Below, in pieces: positions 33,851 through 36,536 of a DNA stretch of 36,536 nt (within the stretch, counting starts at the first letter, position 1; each line of letters opens with the position of its first letter). The notes under the pieces were generated by a model, which did no database searches, had not been told where the DNA came from, and worked only from the letters and a program-made list of their open reading frames with translations. Both the position numbers and the translations under genes were made by a program. The DNA comes from Octopus bimaculoides (lineage: Eukaryota): NCBI RefSeq assembly GCF_001194135.2, contig NC_069001.1, forward strand, positions 14,224,960 to 14,261,495, read 5' to 3'.

Positions 33851-34792
33851 AAGTCGTTATGATATTTATAGGGATTTAATCCCAATTTTTGACATCATTT
33901 TTCGCTTGTATCCTGGGTCTTTTACACCAAAATCATTAACGAACTACGTGGGACAAACACACCCGACTACATTATTTTTGTTCTGCTTTGTTTTTGTTTT
34001 TTTACAATATGTTCTTTTTTATTGCTTTATTTTATAGTTATACATGAAAATATGTTTGTTTGTATTTTATATTTTCTTGTTTTTCATTTTATTTTATCTA
34101 GTTCCCCCTTTTTAAAATTTTATTATTCTTTTCTTTTTTATTGTATTTCATTATTTATTTCTTCCTTTTTAACTATTTATTTTTATTACTTTTATCTTTT
34201 TTCTTTTTTTACTGCATTTAAGAAACTTTTTCCTTCCGTTTTATTATTTAAAAAAAACCTTTATGCTTTTATTTAATTTTAAATTTTACTTTTTATATTT
34301 AGCTTTTTCTTTTAGTCATTTTTTCATTTTGCATTTTTTTACATGATTATGCATTTATTTTTGTTTTCTTTCTCATATATTTTCTATATTTTTCGCTTTT
34401 TGTTTGTGCGAGGGAATCATTTCCTGTCGGATAGGTTCATGTTCAAGGCACTAGGTACACGAGACAGATCATGTTCTCGATCAAATATCGATCACACCAG
34501 AAAAATAAAGTCGAAGAGGAAATTATGCACTTTGATTGATTAACTCTTTGCCTGTCATTCCCTTTCTTTCTTCCCTGCCTGACGTACCCCTGTCTACCGT
34601 ACCCCTTTCTGCAATTTAGCATTAGTTGACAGGGTGTGTGAGGAATATCGTAAGAACTAGCGTAATTTTATAAAATTTCTTATTGAAACACCAAACTGCG
34701 TTATGTCACCATGTTGTAGTAGCTGTGTACTAAAGTGTGTGCGTGTATGTGTTTTGTGCGTTCGTGCGAGGGTACATCTGTGTAGGTGTGTC

Positions 34793-34911
<119 letters not shown>

Positions 34912-35068
34912 ATATATTTATATAAGTCTATATGTAATATTGTGGACTAATGAGTATACGTCAAGTAGTGTACTGATGTGTTGAGTAAAGCACTCGCACA
35001 GTTTGGACTACCTGGTGTCATCTGCAGTTGGGATATATTTTCATTTTTTTTCCTTGCTTGTCTACAGT

Positions 35069-35302
35069 TTACTCTTACTCTTTTACTCTTTTACTTATTT
35101 CAGTCATTTGACAGCGGCCATGCTGGAGCACCGCCTTTAGTCGAGCAAATAGACCCCAGGACTTATTCTTTGGAAGCCTAGTACTTATTCTATCGGTCTC
35201 TTTTGCCGAACCGTTAAGTAACGGGGACGTAAACACACCAGCATCGGATGTCAAGTGATGCTGGGGGGACAAACACAGACACACAAACATATACACAAAC
35301 AC

Positions 35303-35344
<42 letters not shown>

Positions 35345-35555
35345 NNNNNNNNNNNNNNNNNNNNNNNNNNNNNNNNNNNNNNNNNNNNNNNNNNNNNNAC
35401 GGGCTTCTTTCAGTTTCCATCTACCAAATCCACTGAAAAGGCTTTGGTCGGCCCGAGGCTATAGTAGAAGACACTTGTCCAAGGTGCCACGCAGTGGGAC
35501 TGAACCCGGAACCATGTGTTTGATAAGTAAGCTATTTATCATACAGCCACTCCTG
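35069..35555 (-). mobile_element. SINE family C, full length, internal microsatellite spans a gap
   Basis: Minus strand head CAGGAGTGGCTGT..GGTTCCGGGTTCAGTCCC, CCTTGGACAAGTGTCTTC, 3' (GTAAAAGA)n tail. Confidence 0.9.
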
Positions 35556-35709
35556 TTTATATATTTTATTTTATTCGTTTTATTTCTTATGGATATCTAA
35601 CAATAAATACAAACGTAGCTTTACCTCATTCCCTAAAGGAGGCAGGCAAATAACAACATAACTGACCAGGCTCAAGACCTTTAGCGAGATACCACTTTAT
35701 GTATAAATC

Positions 35710-35811
35710 TACCTGATGTGACCCAGGCTGTAAAATTGGTGCAACATACTATGAAACACATCATCCCACCCACAAAGGACAATCGCAAGATGGGTTGAAA
35801 CGATCGTCGTA
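35710..35811 (+). ncRNA. Type I hammerhead motif with extended stem II, A9 mutated to U
   Basis: TAC-CTGATGT-GACCCA(65 nt)TGGGTT-GAAA-CGATCG-T-C-GTA: palindromic ACGATCGT stem III, GUC site. Confidence 0.65.
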
Positions 35812-35869
35812 CAAAATGAAGTTATACCAATTCCATCTTGTTTACTTAATCGATTATTACATAGGTCTC

Positions 35870-35943
<74 letters not shown>

Positions 35944-36034
35944 AATAAAAAAACGGAGAAAAAGACAACAAGAGAAAAACAACAATGCTTGGACGTGGTA
36001 CATGCAAAGTATTAATAAGACGCTCAGAGTGGTT

Positions 36035-36069
36035 GTTTTACGTTTCGAGCAAAGCTCTTCTTCGGAAAC
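36035..36069 (-). ncRNA. Essentially intact 35-nt minimal type I hammerhead motif
   Basis: GTTT-CCGAAGA-A-GAGC(TTT)GCTC-GAAA-CG-T-A-AAAC: stems I and II fully paired, palindromic ACGT stem III, GUA site; only core variant is U4 to C. Confidence 0.75.
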
Positions 36070-36166
36070 AGGAGACATAGGCAAGTTCAAAAGAAAAGGA
36101 AGAAGGAGGGAAAAGTCGCCAACAGTCCACGTGTAGTTACATTTTGGAATATCTATATATACATGT

Positions 36167-36206
<40 letters not shown>

Positions 36207-36478
36207 ATGTATATGTGTGTACTTGTGCGTCTGTGTGTGTGTATACATACATACGTACATACACAGACACAAAACACACACATATATATATATATATATA
36301 TTAAACAAAAAGTAGTCAAGAGATTATGCTCAGTGACGTGTATATGAGCAACATACGCCAATACAGGTATACCAAATATTATATAACATAAATTCTTGAT
36401 TTATAAAAAATATTTCCGCGCCTTGATATTATGTACAATTACTAAATGGCAATTGAGAACAGCTCCGTATTCAGAGTG

Positions 36479-36536
<58 letters not shown>

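Noticed and set aside
34579-34635. CTGACGT plus ACCCCTGTC/GACAGGGT helix
   Set aside because: No GAAA or stem III follows the helix, so at most half a motif; not called

Overview
This is an AT-rich, gapped eukaryotic scaffold segment with nine N-runs, made almost entirely of microsatellites and decayed interspersed repeats. The tRNA-derived SINE families and the microsatellite load look like an octopus genome; this is inference from recalled repeat families, not a database result. I recognise no host exon, intact tRNA, rRNA or CRISPR, and nearly all ORFs in the track are microsatellite or gap artefacts. The supportable content is four SINE families (about 20 copies or fragments), fossils of Chapaev3-like, Tc1 (DD34E), maT-like and mariner DNA transposons, and a possible non-autonomous Helitron. 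It also holds RTE-like LINE ends, three R4/Dong-like retrotransposon 3' ends stacked in one (AAT)n tract, and two tandem Penelope-like (RT/GIY-YIG) remnants. The main signal the ORF track misses is about ten loci with type I hammerhead-ribozyme motifs of several architectures: one essentially intact, several one or two changes from intact, and one tandem array. A roughly 300-bp foldback element enclosing a tRNA-like Pol III cassette is also unexplained.
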